Below are positions 12,547 to 21,001 of a stretch of 64,000 nt of DNA, in pieces. Within the stretch, counting starts at the first letter, position 1. Every line of letters starts with the position of its first letter. The stretch lies in IMG/VR virus record IMGVR_UViG_3300045988_161152, one strand, 5' to 3'. The notes beneath the pieces are model-generated. The model was not told the DNA's origin, did no database searches, and worked only from the letters and a program-made list of their open reading frames with translations. The stretch comes from a virus. Taxonomy: Duplodnaviria > Heunggongvirae > Uroviricota > Caudoviricetes. Position numbers and translations under genes: made by a program.

Positions 12547-12792
12547 TTGGCAGAACGTGTTGATGATGCAGAGCTGAGCATGAATCAGTTAGAAGCTCTC
12601 AAAGACATGGCCATCGATAACATCAGAAAGCAGGCACAGGTCGTGAGCCAGGTATTTACAGGGAAGTGTCGTTACTGCAATGAATCGATTGAATCAGGCA
12701 TTTATTGTGACGCTGAATGTGCGCAATGGCACAGGGAAGAGCAGGCCGCAAAACAGCGTAAATATGGCATGCGACCGGCAGGATTTGACTGA
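12547..12792 (+). CDS. Small zinc-ribbon protein (TraR/DksA-like C4 motif)
   Basis: 81 aa from a TTG start with GAGGA RBS; CRYC...CDAEC cysteine pairs. Confidence 0.45.
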   Translation: MAERVDDAELSMNQLEALKDMAIDNIRKQAQVVSQVFTGKCRYCNESIESGIYCDAECAQWHREEQAAKQRKYGMRPAGFD

Positions 12793-12794
12793 TT

Positions 12795-13373
12795 ATGTTG
12801 CGCTTTACTGAGGAAGAGTTTCAGGCTTTTAGTGAGCGTCGAAATAAGGGGCGGTCCAGGCCAAAAACCAAAAAGGATCCATTCTTATCGCTTGCGCCGG
12901 TAAAAGAAGTTTCTCCACATGCGAAGGCACTTGCAGCACTTGCAAAGAACCCAGACCTGCGCGACGGAAATTGCGAGCACTTCGAGCAGGTTTTCATTTT
13001 TGATTACTTCGAACGCAAGCACCCTGACATCTATGAGCTGTTGCATGCAACGCCTAACGGAGGGAAGCGTTCAAAAGCAACCGCCGGGAAAATGAAGGCT
13101 GAAGGGCAGAAAAAAGGTTATCCGGACATGAGTCTCGATAAAGCATGCGGTATTTATCACGGCATGCGAATTGAGCTTAAAGAACCAAATGGTAAAGCCC
13201 CGACGAAAGAGCAGATCGCCTGGATGCGCAGGCTTAGAGAGGAAGGCTACTACGTTGTTCTTGCGTATGGTGCAGAACAAGCGATTACCGCCATCCTGGA
13301 ATACATAAGTCTTAAAAAGGGTGAGGCTATTGAGCATGTATTGAACGGCGATAAGTGGTTGCATGCTGCTTAA
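12795..13373 (+). CDS. VRR-NUC family PD-(D/E)xK nuclease-like protein
   Basis: 192 aa; GYPDMSLDKACGIYHGMRIELK (PD...ExK) followed by a Q..W...L...G block. Confidence 0.5.
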   Translation: MLRFTEEEFQAFSERRNKGRSRPKTKKDPFLSLAPVKEVSPHAKALAALAKNPDLRDGNCEHFEQVFIFDYFERKHPDIYELLHATPNGGKRSKATAGKMKAEGQKKGYPDMSLDKACGIYHGMRIELKEPNGKAPTKEQIAWMRRLREEGYYVVLAYGAEQAITAILEYISLKKGEAIEHVLNGDKWLHAA

Positions 13374-13439
13374 AATAATAAATTAATTAGTGCATGTACG
13401 CTCTTTGTGGTAGTGCACTTTAACATCGGGAGAATAATC

Positions 13440-13595
13440 GTGTCATCCAAGGTTAATTATGAGTCGCTGGCATCGGTCATGCCGCGTAATGAACAGGAAA
13501 CAGATGCTGTAGTGGACCCTGTAATCGCTGAAATGAATGCTCGCCTGGAGGCTGAATTTGCAGCTGAGAATGAACATACCACCCAGGGCGACTAG
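13440..13595 (+). CDS. Small acidic hypothetical protein
   Basis: 51 aa from a GTG start with GGGAGA RBS; ORF track gives 13407-13595; overlaps the next gene start. Confidence 0.3.
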   Translation: MSSKVNYESLASVMPRNEQETDAVVDPVIAEMNARLEAEFAAENEHTTQGD

Positions 13596-14199
13596 GACTG
13601 TTTTTTGTGTCGGTAGCGGTCCGTCACTCACTCGTGAGGACTGTGCTGCTATAGAAAAAACTGGCTGTTCAATCATCGCGGTTAACAATTCCTGGCAGAT
13701 GTTCGATGACATTTATGCCTTATACGCCGGTGATTTGTCATGGTGGAAGCAATACGGATCCACCATACCGGGAGGGAGATTCCGCAAAGTGACAGCCAAC
13801 CTGGCGGCGGCGAAATCATTTTCGTTGGAGTACAGGCGATATTGTGGACCGGCGGAAGGGGTAAATAGCGGCGCGCAGGCTATCAGTCTGGCTGCTGAAT
13901 CAGGGGCTGAAGTAGTGGTATTAGTCGGCTATGACTGTTCTCTGCAAAACGGCCTTCATTGGCATGGCGCGCACCCTCAAGCACTACGGAATCCAACGCA
14001 GGTGTCTATTTCAAAATGGCAACAGCAGTTCCTGGATACCCGCAAAAAACACGCAGATTTACATATTTTGAATGCAAGTAGGAGCAGTGCAATTCAATGT
14101 TTCCCAAGAATAAATTTAGAGGCAGTGATCGCGTTATTATCGTCGGCAGTGGCCCAAGCGCCGCAAACTTTGTTGCGCCGCGCGGAGTGCCGATTATAG
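13570..14199 (+). CDS. GxGPS-motif Rossmann-like protein, paralogue 1 (DUF115/GT42-like by motif)
   Basis: VFCVGSGPSL...IIAVNN...VVLVGYD; start set at ATG 13570 so the GSGPS motif sits at the same distance from the N-terminus as in paralogue 2. Confidence 0.5.
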   Translation: MNIPPRATRTVFCVGSGPSLTREDCAAIEKTGCSIIAVNNSWQMFDDIYALYAGDLSWWKQYGSTIPGGRFRKVTANLAAAKSFSLEYRRYCGPAEGVNSGAQAISLAAESGAEVVVLVGYDCSLQNGLHWHGAHPQALRNPTQVSISKWQQQFLDTRKKHADLHILNASRSSAIQCFPRINLEAVIALLSSAVAQAPQTLLRRAECRL

Positions 14200-14723
14200 C
14201 GGTCAATGGGGCCATCGACTGGCTTAACCGCGCTTCTTATTTTTTCACCCTTGATCCATCCCCAGACAATATGCGGCGCGTTGGTCGTGGCCGCCGTCGC
14301 CGTGGTGTTTGTTATTGCATGGCACTACCCGATGTTAAAGAACGTGAAGTCAGAGATGGCGTTCTGTGCTTCCGTCGTGTGGCTGAACGCGGCATGGAGC
14401 CAAAAAATACGAATTCTCCCGAGTGGTGGGCGTGGCGCTGGTCCGCACATTTCGGCCTTTGCGAAGATGAGAATGAAATTGCCAGCGGCAATAGTGCATA
14501 TGGTGCTCTGAACCTGGCTTTCCATATCGGATTCAAACATGTAGCTCTGGTGGGCGTTGACGCTACGCAAGAACTACGCGTTCACTCCGGCGGCACGCCA
14601 AAAAATCTAAGTCACCTGCCTTTGTTATTCCAGTCTGCGCGTGAACAGATTGACGTTGTTTCATGCGGGAAAATGGGAGGTATTCCGCAGATGACTCTTA
14701 AAGAATGGCTGAAGAATACATGA
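14097..14723 (+). CDS. GxGPS-motif Rossmann-like protein, paralogue 2
   Basis: 208 aa; [10 protein letters not shown]...IIAVNG...VALVGVD; overlaps paralogue 1 by 103 nt in another frame. Confidence 0.5.
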   Translation: MFPKNKFRGSDRVIIVGSGPSAANFVAPRGVPIIAVNGAIDWLNRASYFFTLDPSPDNMRRVGRGRRRRGVCYCMALPDVKEREVRDGVLCFRRVAERGMEPKNTNSPEWWAWRWSAHFGLCEDENEIASGNSAYGALNLAFHIGFKHVALVGVDATQELRVHSGGTPKNLSHLPLLFQSAREQIDVVSCGKMGGIPQMTLKEWLKNT

Positions 14724-15397
14724 TGGCACCCACAATTTATCACCGTATCGACGGTACCAAATACAGGAATGTCTGGGTTGTTGGTGATCTGCATGGTTGC
14801 TACACCAGACTGATGTCCGAACTCCATCGTGTGGATTTTGACCCGGCGCAGGATTTACTGATATCGGTCGGCGACCTTATCGATCGCGGTACTGAAAATG
14901 TCGAATGTCTGGAACTATTGCAGATGCCCTGGTTCAGGGCAGTGATGGGGAACCATGAGCGGCTGATGATTGATGCGTTAAGTCCAGATGGCAACGTGAA
15001 TAACTGGCTAATGAATGGCGGACAATGGTTCTTCATGCTGGACACTGATCAGGAAATATTAGCCTGGGCGCTGGTGGAGCTGGTAAAGCGTCTGCCCTAT
15101 ATCATTGAGCTGAACACCGGGCAAGAAACTATCGTTATAGCCCATGCCGACTATCCGGATAATGAATACCAATTCGGTAAGGAGGTACCGCTTTTCAACG
15201 TTGTCTGGGCGCGCGAGCGTATCAGTGATTCGATGGATGATATTGGTGGCGAAATTTCGGGCGCAGATCGTTTTATCTTTGGCCACACTCCGGTGAAAAG
15301 CCCGAAGACATTCTGGAATCAGCAGTATATCGACACTGGTGCCGTATTTTGCGGAAACCTGACATTGATGAAAGTGAAAGGTGATGGTGCAGCATGA
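14705..15397 (+). CDS. ppp: Ser/Thr protein phosphatase (lambda-PP family metallophosphatase)
   Basis: GDLHG, GDLIDRG and GNHE metallophosphatase motifs; N-terminus resembles lambda PP; true start may be ATG 14723. Confidence 0.8.
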   Translation: MAEEYMMAPTIYHRIDGTKYRNVWVVGDLHGCYTRLMSELHRVDFDPAQDLLISVGDLIDRGTENVECLELLQMPWFRAVMGNHERLMIDALSPDGNVNNWLMNGGQWFFMLDTDQEILAWALVELVKRLPYIIELNTGQETIVIAHADYPDNEYQFGKEVPLFNVVWARERISDSMDDIGGEISGADRFIFGHTPVKSPKTFWNQQYIDTGAVFCGNLTLMKVKGDGAA

Positions 15398-16095
15398 AGA
15401 TTGCTTTAGTTTTTCGCTCTGGTGGTGACTATAACGCTTCCGATGTGCAGTGGCTGGTTAATCAACTGCCAAAAGGCTATGAAATTATTTGCCTGACAGA
15501 CCTGAAGCGTTTACATGTACCTGGCGTCAAAGTTGTCCCATTGATCAACCAGTGGCAAAAGTGCCGTGGCTGGTGGGCGAAAATCGAGTTGTTCCGACCG
15601 GATATAACCGATGATCTGTTCTATCTGGATTTGGACACGGTTATTGCCGGTGATATACGCCCAATCCTAGAGCATCCACCAACCAGCTTCACCATGCTTA
15701 GGGATTTTTACCATCCACAATATCGTGGCAGCGGTGCCCTGTGGATACCAAATAGTGTTAAAGCGCATATCTGGAGTTCATTCTGGCAAGATCCGGAAGG
15801 TTGGATTTCTCGTTGTGTCACTACTGAGTGCTGGGGTGACCAGGGGTTCTTACGAAAGGTTATGGGCGATGATACACCAGCATTTCAGGATCTGTATCCA
15901 GGATGGTTTGTAAGTTACAAGGCCGATGTTGTGGAACCTGGTTCAAAATATGCGAGCGCGCGTTACTCCAGGGGGAATGGGGCATTACCAAAAGACTGCC
16001 GAATAATCTTTTTCCACGGCAAACCGCGACCTCGCGAAGTGTCAGAGGATTGGCTTCCCCTTATCAGCTCATTTTTTGAGCGAGAATCAGAATAA
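15394..16095 (+). CDS. Glycosyltransferase-like protein (GT-A type, DxD motif)
   Basis: 233 aa; [12 protein letters not shown] DxD signature; ATG overlaps ppp stop (ATGA). Confidence 0.45.
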   Translation: MKIALVFRSGGDYNASDVQWLVNQLPKGYEIICLTDLKRLHVPGVKVVPLINQWQKCRGWWAKIELFRPDITDDLFYLDLDTVIAGDIRPILEHPPTSFTMLRDFYHPQYRGSGALWIPNSVKAHIWSSFWQDPEGWISRCVTTECWGDQGFLRKVMGDDTPAFQDLYPGWFVSYKADVVEPGSKYASARYSRGNGALPKDCRIIFFHGKPRPREVSEDWLPLISSFFERESE

Positions 16096-16096
16096 T

Positions 16097-16113
16097 ATTG
16101 CTCTAATAATTCC
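16097..16113. promoter_or_regulatory. C1 operator
   Basis: ATTGCTCTAATAATTCC (14 of 17 consensus positions) starting 2 nt after the stop codon at 16093-16095. Confidence 0.5.
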
Positions 16114-16120
16114 ATATTTT

Positions 16121-16151
16121 TAAAACGTGATGTACACTCATCACGTTTTTT
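16121..16151. terminator. Bidirectional rho-independent terminator
   Basis: AAAACGTGATG-TACACT-CATCACGTTTTTT: 8-bp stem flanked by an A-run and a T-run. Confidence 0.55.
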
Positions 16152-16162
16152 ATTAGAGCAAT
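16146..16162. promoter_or_regulatory. C1 operator (inverted orientation)
   Basis: TTTTTTATTAGAGCAAT is the reverse complement of ATTGCTCTAATAAAAAA. Confidence 0.5.
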
Positions 16163-16176
16163 CTACAAGGTGCACT

Positions 16177-16395
16177 ATGTGGCCATTCCGACGGAAATAT
16201 CACTACTGGCTGATCGCCTTTGTTACGCCGACCGGCGGTATCAGGCATGTCATCACCAGGTATCGCAACAAGAGACTCACCTTAGCCAGAATTTTACAGG
16301 CTGCCATAGGTGAGGGACTGGATACAAATTGCGTAGTCCTTCCTCCTTCATACTTAGGAAAAATGACCGAAGCACAAGCTAATACGGAACTTTGA
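16177..16395 (+). CDS. Hypothetical small protein, first gene of a C1-controlled operon
   Basis: 72-aa ORF just after the operator; its stop abuts the next start. Confidence 0.4.
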   Translation: MWPFRRKYHYWLIAFVTPTGGIRHVITRYRNKRLTLARILQAAIGEGLDTNCVVLPPSYLGKMTEAQANTEL

Positions 16396-16396
16396 A

Positions 16397-17659
16397 ATGA
16401 GCACTTCAGCACAAAACCAATCAATCGAAAATGTATCTATCCCTGACGTCCTGAATGCCGGTATCCCGGCCATTATCCAGAACATCCGGGCCGCGCAACG
16501 CCGCGTTAGTTGTGATGACCTCACAGCGCGTTTTTTTGATAATGCGGTTCAGTCAGCGGAGATGCTTCACGCACAGCTTATTGATGTTTATAACGCAGAA
16601 GCTGATAGCCATAACTCCCTGGTAGATGCAGCTGAAAATATGCAGTTGGATCTCGGTCTGAAGGGTAAAGAAATTGAAGAGCTTCAGCTGGAAATTGAAC
16701 ATTTGAAACGCCAGCAACAGGACGCGATCGACGATGCGACGCATGACGCCAACCAGCGTGCTGATAATGCCGAACGTATAAGCATTGAGCTGGAAACAAA
16801 ACTCAATGAAATGACCGCGATGGTTGAACTGCGGAACTCACAGATTTCAACGCTAAAATCTCAATATAAAGAGATCATGAAACTTGATCCTTTTAACCTT
16901 GAGAAACGCTATAACAAAGCTAAAAGCGAGCGACAGGAACTGCGTAAGCAGGTCGCCGACCTTAACCAACAGCTCAAAAAAACTATTAAAGATGCAAGCG
17001 AAGCGCGCGTGGCATTTGCTAATAAAAAAGCAGAGGTTACCGCGCTGGTTAATGAGAATGCCAAATTTGCGACGCTCAAGAAGGAAATGTATGGCATTAC
17101 TGAGCACCGTTTCCCTGCAAGCAAACTTCATCCGACGTTAGGGCAAATCTCCTTCTTCCCGCGTCTCCTGGCTTATGGGATCTCATCGCCTAAAGAGTTC
17201 AATAACGAGCGTCCTTATATCGTTTCTAAGCTGGACTTTGCTTATCAGTTCTGCTGCGACATGGGCTATGCCATTGATATCCGAATCAACGAATGGTTGA
17301 TGCCAAACTTCCAGCCGTTGGCAATTTTCCGCGAGTTCCAGCCGGAAGGTTGGGTAGAGTTCTTCCATGAATTGATCTGTAAAGAGATGGAAAGCCGCCG
17401 CCCGGAACTGGTCCGCCGTGTCGAGTGGGCGCAAGAGGTTATGTTGGCAGATGCAGAGCTGCCGTTCGAACCGGAATTCATTGATGATCTGGCAACTAAA
17501 GGGCTGCATACCCTGTTTGATGTGGTTACCCGCCGTCATGAGCAGTTGGTTGTCGAATTGGGTTTAGAGGAAACTGCGGCAAGAAGACTTCTCGATGTTT
17601 GCTATGCACGTAGCGATGCATGGGAAAAAGAGAACGGCGGCACTATTTACGTTCGCTGA
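16397..17659 (+). CDS. Hypothetical protein with N-terminal coiled coil
   Basis: 420-aa ORF; heptad-rich region (LQLEIEHLKRQQQ...). Confidence 0.6.
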   Translation: MSTSAQNQSIENVSIPDVLNAGIPAIIQNIRAAQRRVSCDDLTARFFDNAVQSAEMLHAQLIDVYNAEADSHNSLVDAAENMQLDLGLKGKEIEELQLEIEHLKRQQQDAIDDATHDANQRADNAERISIELETKLNEMTAMVELRNSQISTLKSQYKEIMKLDPFNLEKRYNKAKSERQELRKQVADLNQQLKKTIKDASEARVAFANKKAEVTALVNENAKFATLKKEMYGITEHRFPASKLHPTLGQISFFPRLLAYGISSPKEFNNERPYIVSKLDFAYQFCCDMGYAIDIRINEWLMPNFQPLAIFREFQPEGWVEFFHELICKEMESRRPELVRRVEWAQEVMLADAELPFEPEFIDDLATKGLHTLFDVVTRRHEQLVVELGLEETAARRLLDVCYARSDAWEKENGGTIYVR

Positions 17660-17731
17660 TAGTTACAGTGTCACTTTTAATGCTGGTGGAGTGCTCCCAC
17701 CAGCATTTTTTTCGTCCAATGAGGAGGGCAT

Positions 17732-18238
17732 TTGAGTATTTTCAATAAACACGCACACCAGGAACGTCCGTACATCGTCATAGTAGATATTGATGGGACG
17801 ATATCAGAGGCAACGGAAGACAGGCTGCATTTACTTCCACCACCTGGCAAAGGTGCATTAACAGAGCACTGGAACGAGTTTAACCTTGCCTGTGACACTG
17901 ATGCTCCCATCACTCCAGTTATTGATATGGTGCGCCAGTTGTCCGGCATTTACACCCTCTGGTTTGTAACCGGGCGCTGTGAGATAGCCAGGGATAAAAC
18001 ACGAGCCTGGTTGCGTAAGCACGTAACAAATGGGGCTGAGCCTTTGCTATCTATGCGTCCTGCCACCGATGACAGAAATGACGGTCCAGCAAAGATTGAT
18101 CTCCTTAAGAAAATTGGTCTAAGTAAAATTGCGTTCGCGCTGGAAGATAAGATTGAAGTGGCGCGTGTATTCAGGAGGCACGGCGTGCTTACGTTAATGG
18201 TCAGGGAGTATGAAAACGCGCTTCTCCATCAACAATAA
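17732..18238 (+). CDS. pap: HAD-superfamily phosphatase (class B acid phosphatase-like)
   Basis: 168 aa from a TTG start with GGAGG RBS; HAD motif I VDIDGT; symbol from recalled P1 gene order. Confidence 0.55.
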   Translation: MSIFNKHAHQERPYIVIVDIDGTISEATEDRLHLLPPPGKGALTEHWNEFNLACDTDAPITPVIDMVRQLSGIYTLWFVTGRCEIARDKTRAWLRKHVTNGAEPLLSMRPATDDRNDGPAKIDLLKKIGLSKIAFALEDKIEVARVFRRHGVLTLMVREYENALLHQQ

Positions 18239-18254
18239 TTGCTCTAATAAATAT
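18238..18254. promoter_or_regulatory. C1 operator
   Basis: ATTGCTCTAATAAATAT (16 of 17 consensus positions) directly after the pap stop. Confidence 0.55.
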
Positions 18255-18332
18255 TGATTTTTAAAACAGAGAAAGTGAAAATAAAAACATGCCGCAAGGC
18301 GCGGCATGTATCCAATCACAGGAGCTGAAAAT

Positions 18333-18419
18333 ATGAACACGGCATTCAAAATCATTATGGCCGCGATCTATTTCTGGCTGTTCTCTATCACTTTTGGCGG
18401 CATCGTCGCACATGGGTAA
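18333..18419 (+). CDS. 28-aa hydrophobic micro-protein
   Basis: ATG with AGGAG RBS at 8-nt spacing; MNTAFKIIMAAIYFWLFSITFGGIVAHG; not in ORF track (under 60 aa). Confidence 0.4.
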   Translation: MNTAFKIIMAAIYFWLFSITFGGIVAHG

Positions 18420-18428
18420 GGGGGATGC

Positions 18429-19016
18429 ATGAAAGGCGAAGTGAAAGAGCGCGGCATGATTTTTAACGATGAGATGGTCCGGGCAATTCTTGGCGGGAAT
18501 AAAACACAGACTCGCAGGATTGTTGAAGAAAAATTCTATGGACGGGCAGTGGCCGCAGAGTTGCTTGCCAAGCATTGTCCATATGGTCAACCGGGCGATC
18601 GTATTTGGGTTCGCGAAACCTACCGGGTACATGGCAAAGCGACGGACGTCGCAACGCTGGTTTATCGCGCAAGCGTGCGTAACTCCTGGACAGAACAAAC
18701 GCACCGGGTTCCGGTCGAGGTTTGTAATAAACCAGTATCAGAAAAGTGGACGCCATCAATTCACATGCCGCGCTGGGCATCGCGCATTCTTCTGGAAATT
18801 ACCAACGTGCGCGTTGAGCGGTTGAACGATATCAGCGAATGCGATGCAAGGGCTGAGGGCGCACCAACAGAATCGACCCTCATTGGCGATAAGCATTACC
18901 CAAGTTTCCGTAGCCTATGGAAATCAATTTATGGCGAAGATAGTTGGAACGCTAATCCTTGGGTGTGGGTAATCGAGTTTAAGCGTATTCAGGGGGCAAC
19001 CAGTGAGCAAAATTAA
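18429..19016 (+). CDS. ASCH-domain protein (YqfB-like)
   Basis: MIFNDEMVRAILGGNKTQTRR and C-terminal WVWVIEFKRI resemble E. coli YqfB; start may be ATG 18456. Confidence 0.6.
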   Translation: MKGEVKERGMIFNDEMVRAILGGNKTQTRRIVEEKFYGRAVAAELLAKHCPYGQPGDRIWVRETYRVHGKATDVATLVYRASVRNSWTEQTHRVPVEVCNKPVSEKWTPSIHMPRWASRILLEITNVRVERLNDISECDARAEGAPTESTLIGDKHYPSFRSLWKSIYGEDSWNANPWVWVIEFKRIQGATSEQN

Positions 19017-19707
19017 CTATCAAGAACTGCGCGAGGCGGCGGAACAGGCAACGCAAGATGAATGGGTAGCATATATTTTGCCGGGTCATAACGGCATTTA
19101 TCCTGCGCGCACGTCTGAGGGTAGGCATTGCGGATACTTTATTGACTGGCCTGGCATTGATGGACAAAGGAATGCTGGTGCCAATGCCCGTTATATCGCG
19201 GCTATCCCACCAAAAGTTGCGCTGGCGCTACTGGATAAAATTAAGCACCTGGAGGACACAAATATTGATGCCACATGCCGTATTGCGGAGTTTGAGACTA
19301 ATCTCGCGGCGCTGGTGGCAGAGAACGCCGGGCTGAAACACGCAATGGCCGTAACTCTTGAGCATGTGTCGGTCACGGATGCAGGGCAGGCTGGTGTTGC
19401 TGCAATGATTATCAACGATGCCCTATACCACAGCGAAACTCCAGCTACCGATGCTTTTCTGGCTGAAATTCGTGCGGAAGCACGCAACGAGGGGATTAAC
19501 TATACCGCCAGCCGTCTTGCTGCTGCGTTCAATCACGGATTTATCAATAAGTCTTTGCGTGAAGTTTTCGACGTTACACGCATGATTTTGTCAGCGAAAG
19601 AAGAGTTGGCTAATGAAGCGCATCCGATTGATGGCCTGTCTGGTGAATATGCGGAGAAATCCCTTGAAGAATGGGCGGAACAGATTCGCAAAGGAAGCAG
19701 CCAGTGA
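19003..19707 (+). CDS. Mosaic paralogue family member A
   Basis: 234 aa; shares MSKINYQELREAAEQA with 21002 and PATDAFLAEIRA plus a ...QIRKGSSQ tail with 19991. Confidence 0.6.
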   Translation: MSKINYQELREAAEQATQDEWVAYILPGHNGIYPARTSEGRHCGYFIDWPGIDGQRNAGANARYIAAIPPKVALALLDKIKHLEDTNIDATCRIAEFETNLAALVAENAGLKHAMAVTLEHVSVTDAGQAGVAAMIINDALYHSETPATDAFLAEIRAEARNEGINYTASRLAAAFNHGFINKSLREVFDVTRMILSAKEELANEAHPIDGLSGEYAEKSLEEWAEQIRKGSSQ

Positions 19708-19994
19708 ATATCGACACGACAATAACGATCGATACGCTCCTAAATACCGGTCTGGCACTTCTCGGTTGGCTTTACATCATGTCCCGTACATGGCGATGGC
19801 TGGGTTCCATTTTCCTAAAACAGTGGAAAAAACGGCGCAAACAGGAACTACGCCAGAAGGCATTAGAAGCGTTCTATGACGCATTTGAGCTTAGCCGCAT
19901 TGAACCAGGTACAACAGCCAGGATAGCGACAAAAGGCGACCTGATGATAGTGATGTTCCGACAGGAGAGAGCAGAGAAAGGGGAATCAGCATGA
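19704..19994 (+). CDS. Small membrane protein
   Basis: GTG overlapping the upstream stop (GTGA); hydrophobic segment LLNTGLALLGWLYIM. Confidence 0.45.
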   Translation: MNIDTTITIDTLLNTGLALLGWLYIMSRTWRWLGSIFLKQWKKRRKQELRQKALEAFYDAFELSRIEPGTTARIATKGDLMIVMFRQERAEKGESA

Positions 19995-20704
19995 AATTTT
20001 CCAAATTTTCTGAGTTGGTGAATCGTATTTTGTCCAACAACCACAGCCATCGTCGCGATATGGATGTAACAATCGTTGTTCATTCGCCTGGCAGCATTGG
20101 TTCAACACCTTCAGTTGAGGTTCAGTCAATTCACGCTGGTTTTGATTGGGATTCCGGGAAAGTGCTGATTTTCCCATCACAGCCACTGACCACGCTAACA
20201 CCAGAACAGATTACTGATATCACTGATAGTGTGCGCAAAGGTCAGTCTTGGCACGCATATCAGGAATACAAGAAGCATCAAGAGCAGTTGGAAAAATTGT
20301 CGATTGAACTGGATGCCGCAAAACAGCGCATTGCAGAGCTGGATGGTAATCGCACGGCGCTGGCAGTGGAGAATGCCTCAATGAAGCTGTTTATCAGGGG
20401 CTGTTGCTACGTGTTTGATGGCCAGCAGGATGAAATATCTGATGCGTATATCTGCGCAACAGACGGAGGGATGCCGCAAATTCCAGCCACCGACGCTTTC
20501 CTGGCTGAAGTTCGGGCGCAGGGGGTGGATGCTGCTATAGAAGCTGCAAAAAATCTGGTGGCCCAAGAATATGAGTATAAGGATTTCAAAGCGGCGCAGA
20601 GTGATTGCTGTATGCACCCTGGTTCAGACCGGGTAGGGAAGGTTGAAATGACTGAGTGGTTAGTTGACTTTGCTGCCCAGCTTCGCAAAGGAGGCAACCA
20701 GTGA
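19991..20704 (+). CDS. Mosaic paralogue family member B
   Basis: 237 aa; ATGA overlap with upstream stop; shares blocks with member A. Confidence 0.6.
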   Translation: MKFSKFSELVNRILSNNHSHRRDMDVTIVVHSPGSIGSTPSVEVQSIHAGFDWDSGKVLIFPSQPLTTLTPEQITDITDSVRKGQSWHAYQEYKKHQEQLEKLSIELDAAKQRIAELDGNRTALAVENASMKLFIRGCCYVFDGQQDEISDAYICATDGGMPQIPATDAFLAEVRAQGVDAAIEAAKNLVAQEYEYKDFKAAQSDCCMHPGSDRVGKVEMTEWLVDFAAQLRKGGNQ

Positions 20705-21000
20705 CTGTATGTCTTATTGATAAACGTCGACGTGGGCAACAAATACCATCTGTTGAAATGCCGAATCACACATGGTTTTGCGTACTTGATATCGATGGTA
20801 TGGATACGTTGGTTGACACTCGTCATTACTGCGATACCGCAACAGCTACTCCGGCGAAAGCAAAGAAAATGGCTGCTCTGATAGAAAACTGGACTCCACC
20901 TGATGGTTGGTGCAATGGGAATGATCGAGATTGGCACGAAAAAATGAAGGGCTATATCTGCGATTTTTTACGTAAATGCAACGGCTTCAGGGTGATGTGA
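20701..21000 (+). CDS. Hypothetical protein
   Basis: 99-aa ORF, GTGA-coupled to the upstream gene. Confidence 0.5.
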   Translation: MTVCLIDKRRRGQQIPSVEMPNHTWFCVLDIDGMDTLVDTRHYCDTATATPAKAKKMAALIENWTPPDGWCNGNDRDWHEKMKGYICDFLRKCNGFRVM

Positions 21001-21001
21001 T

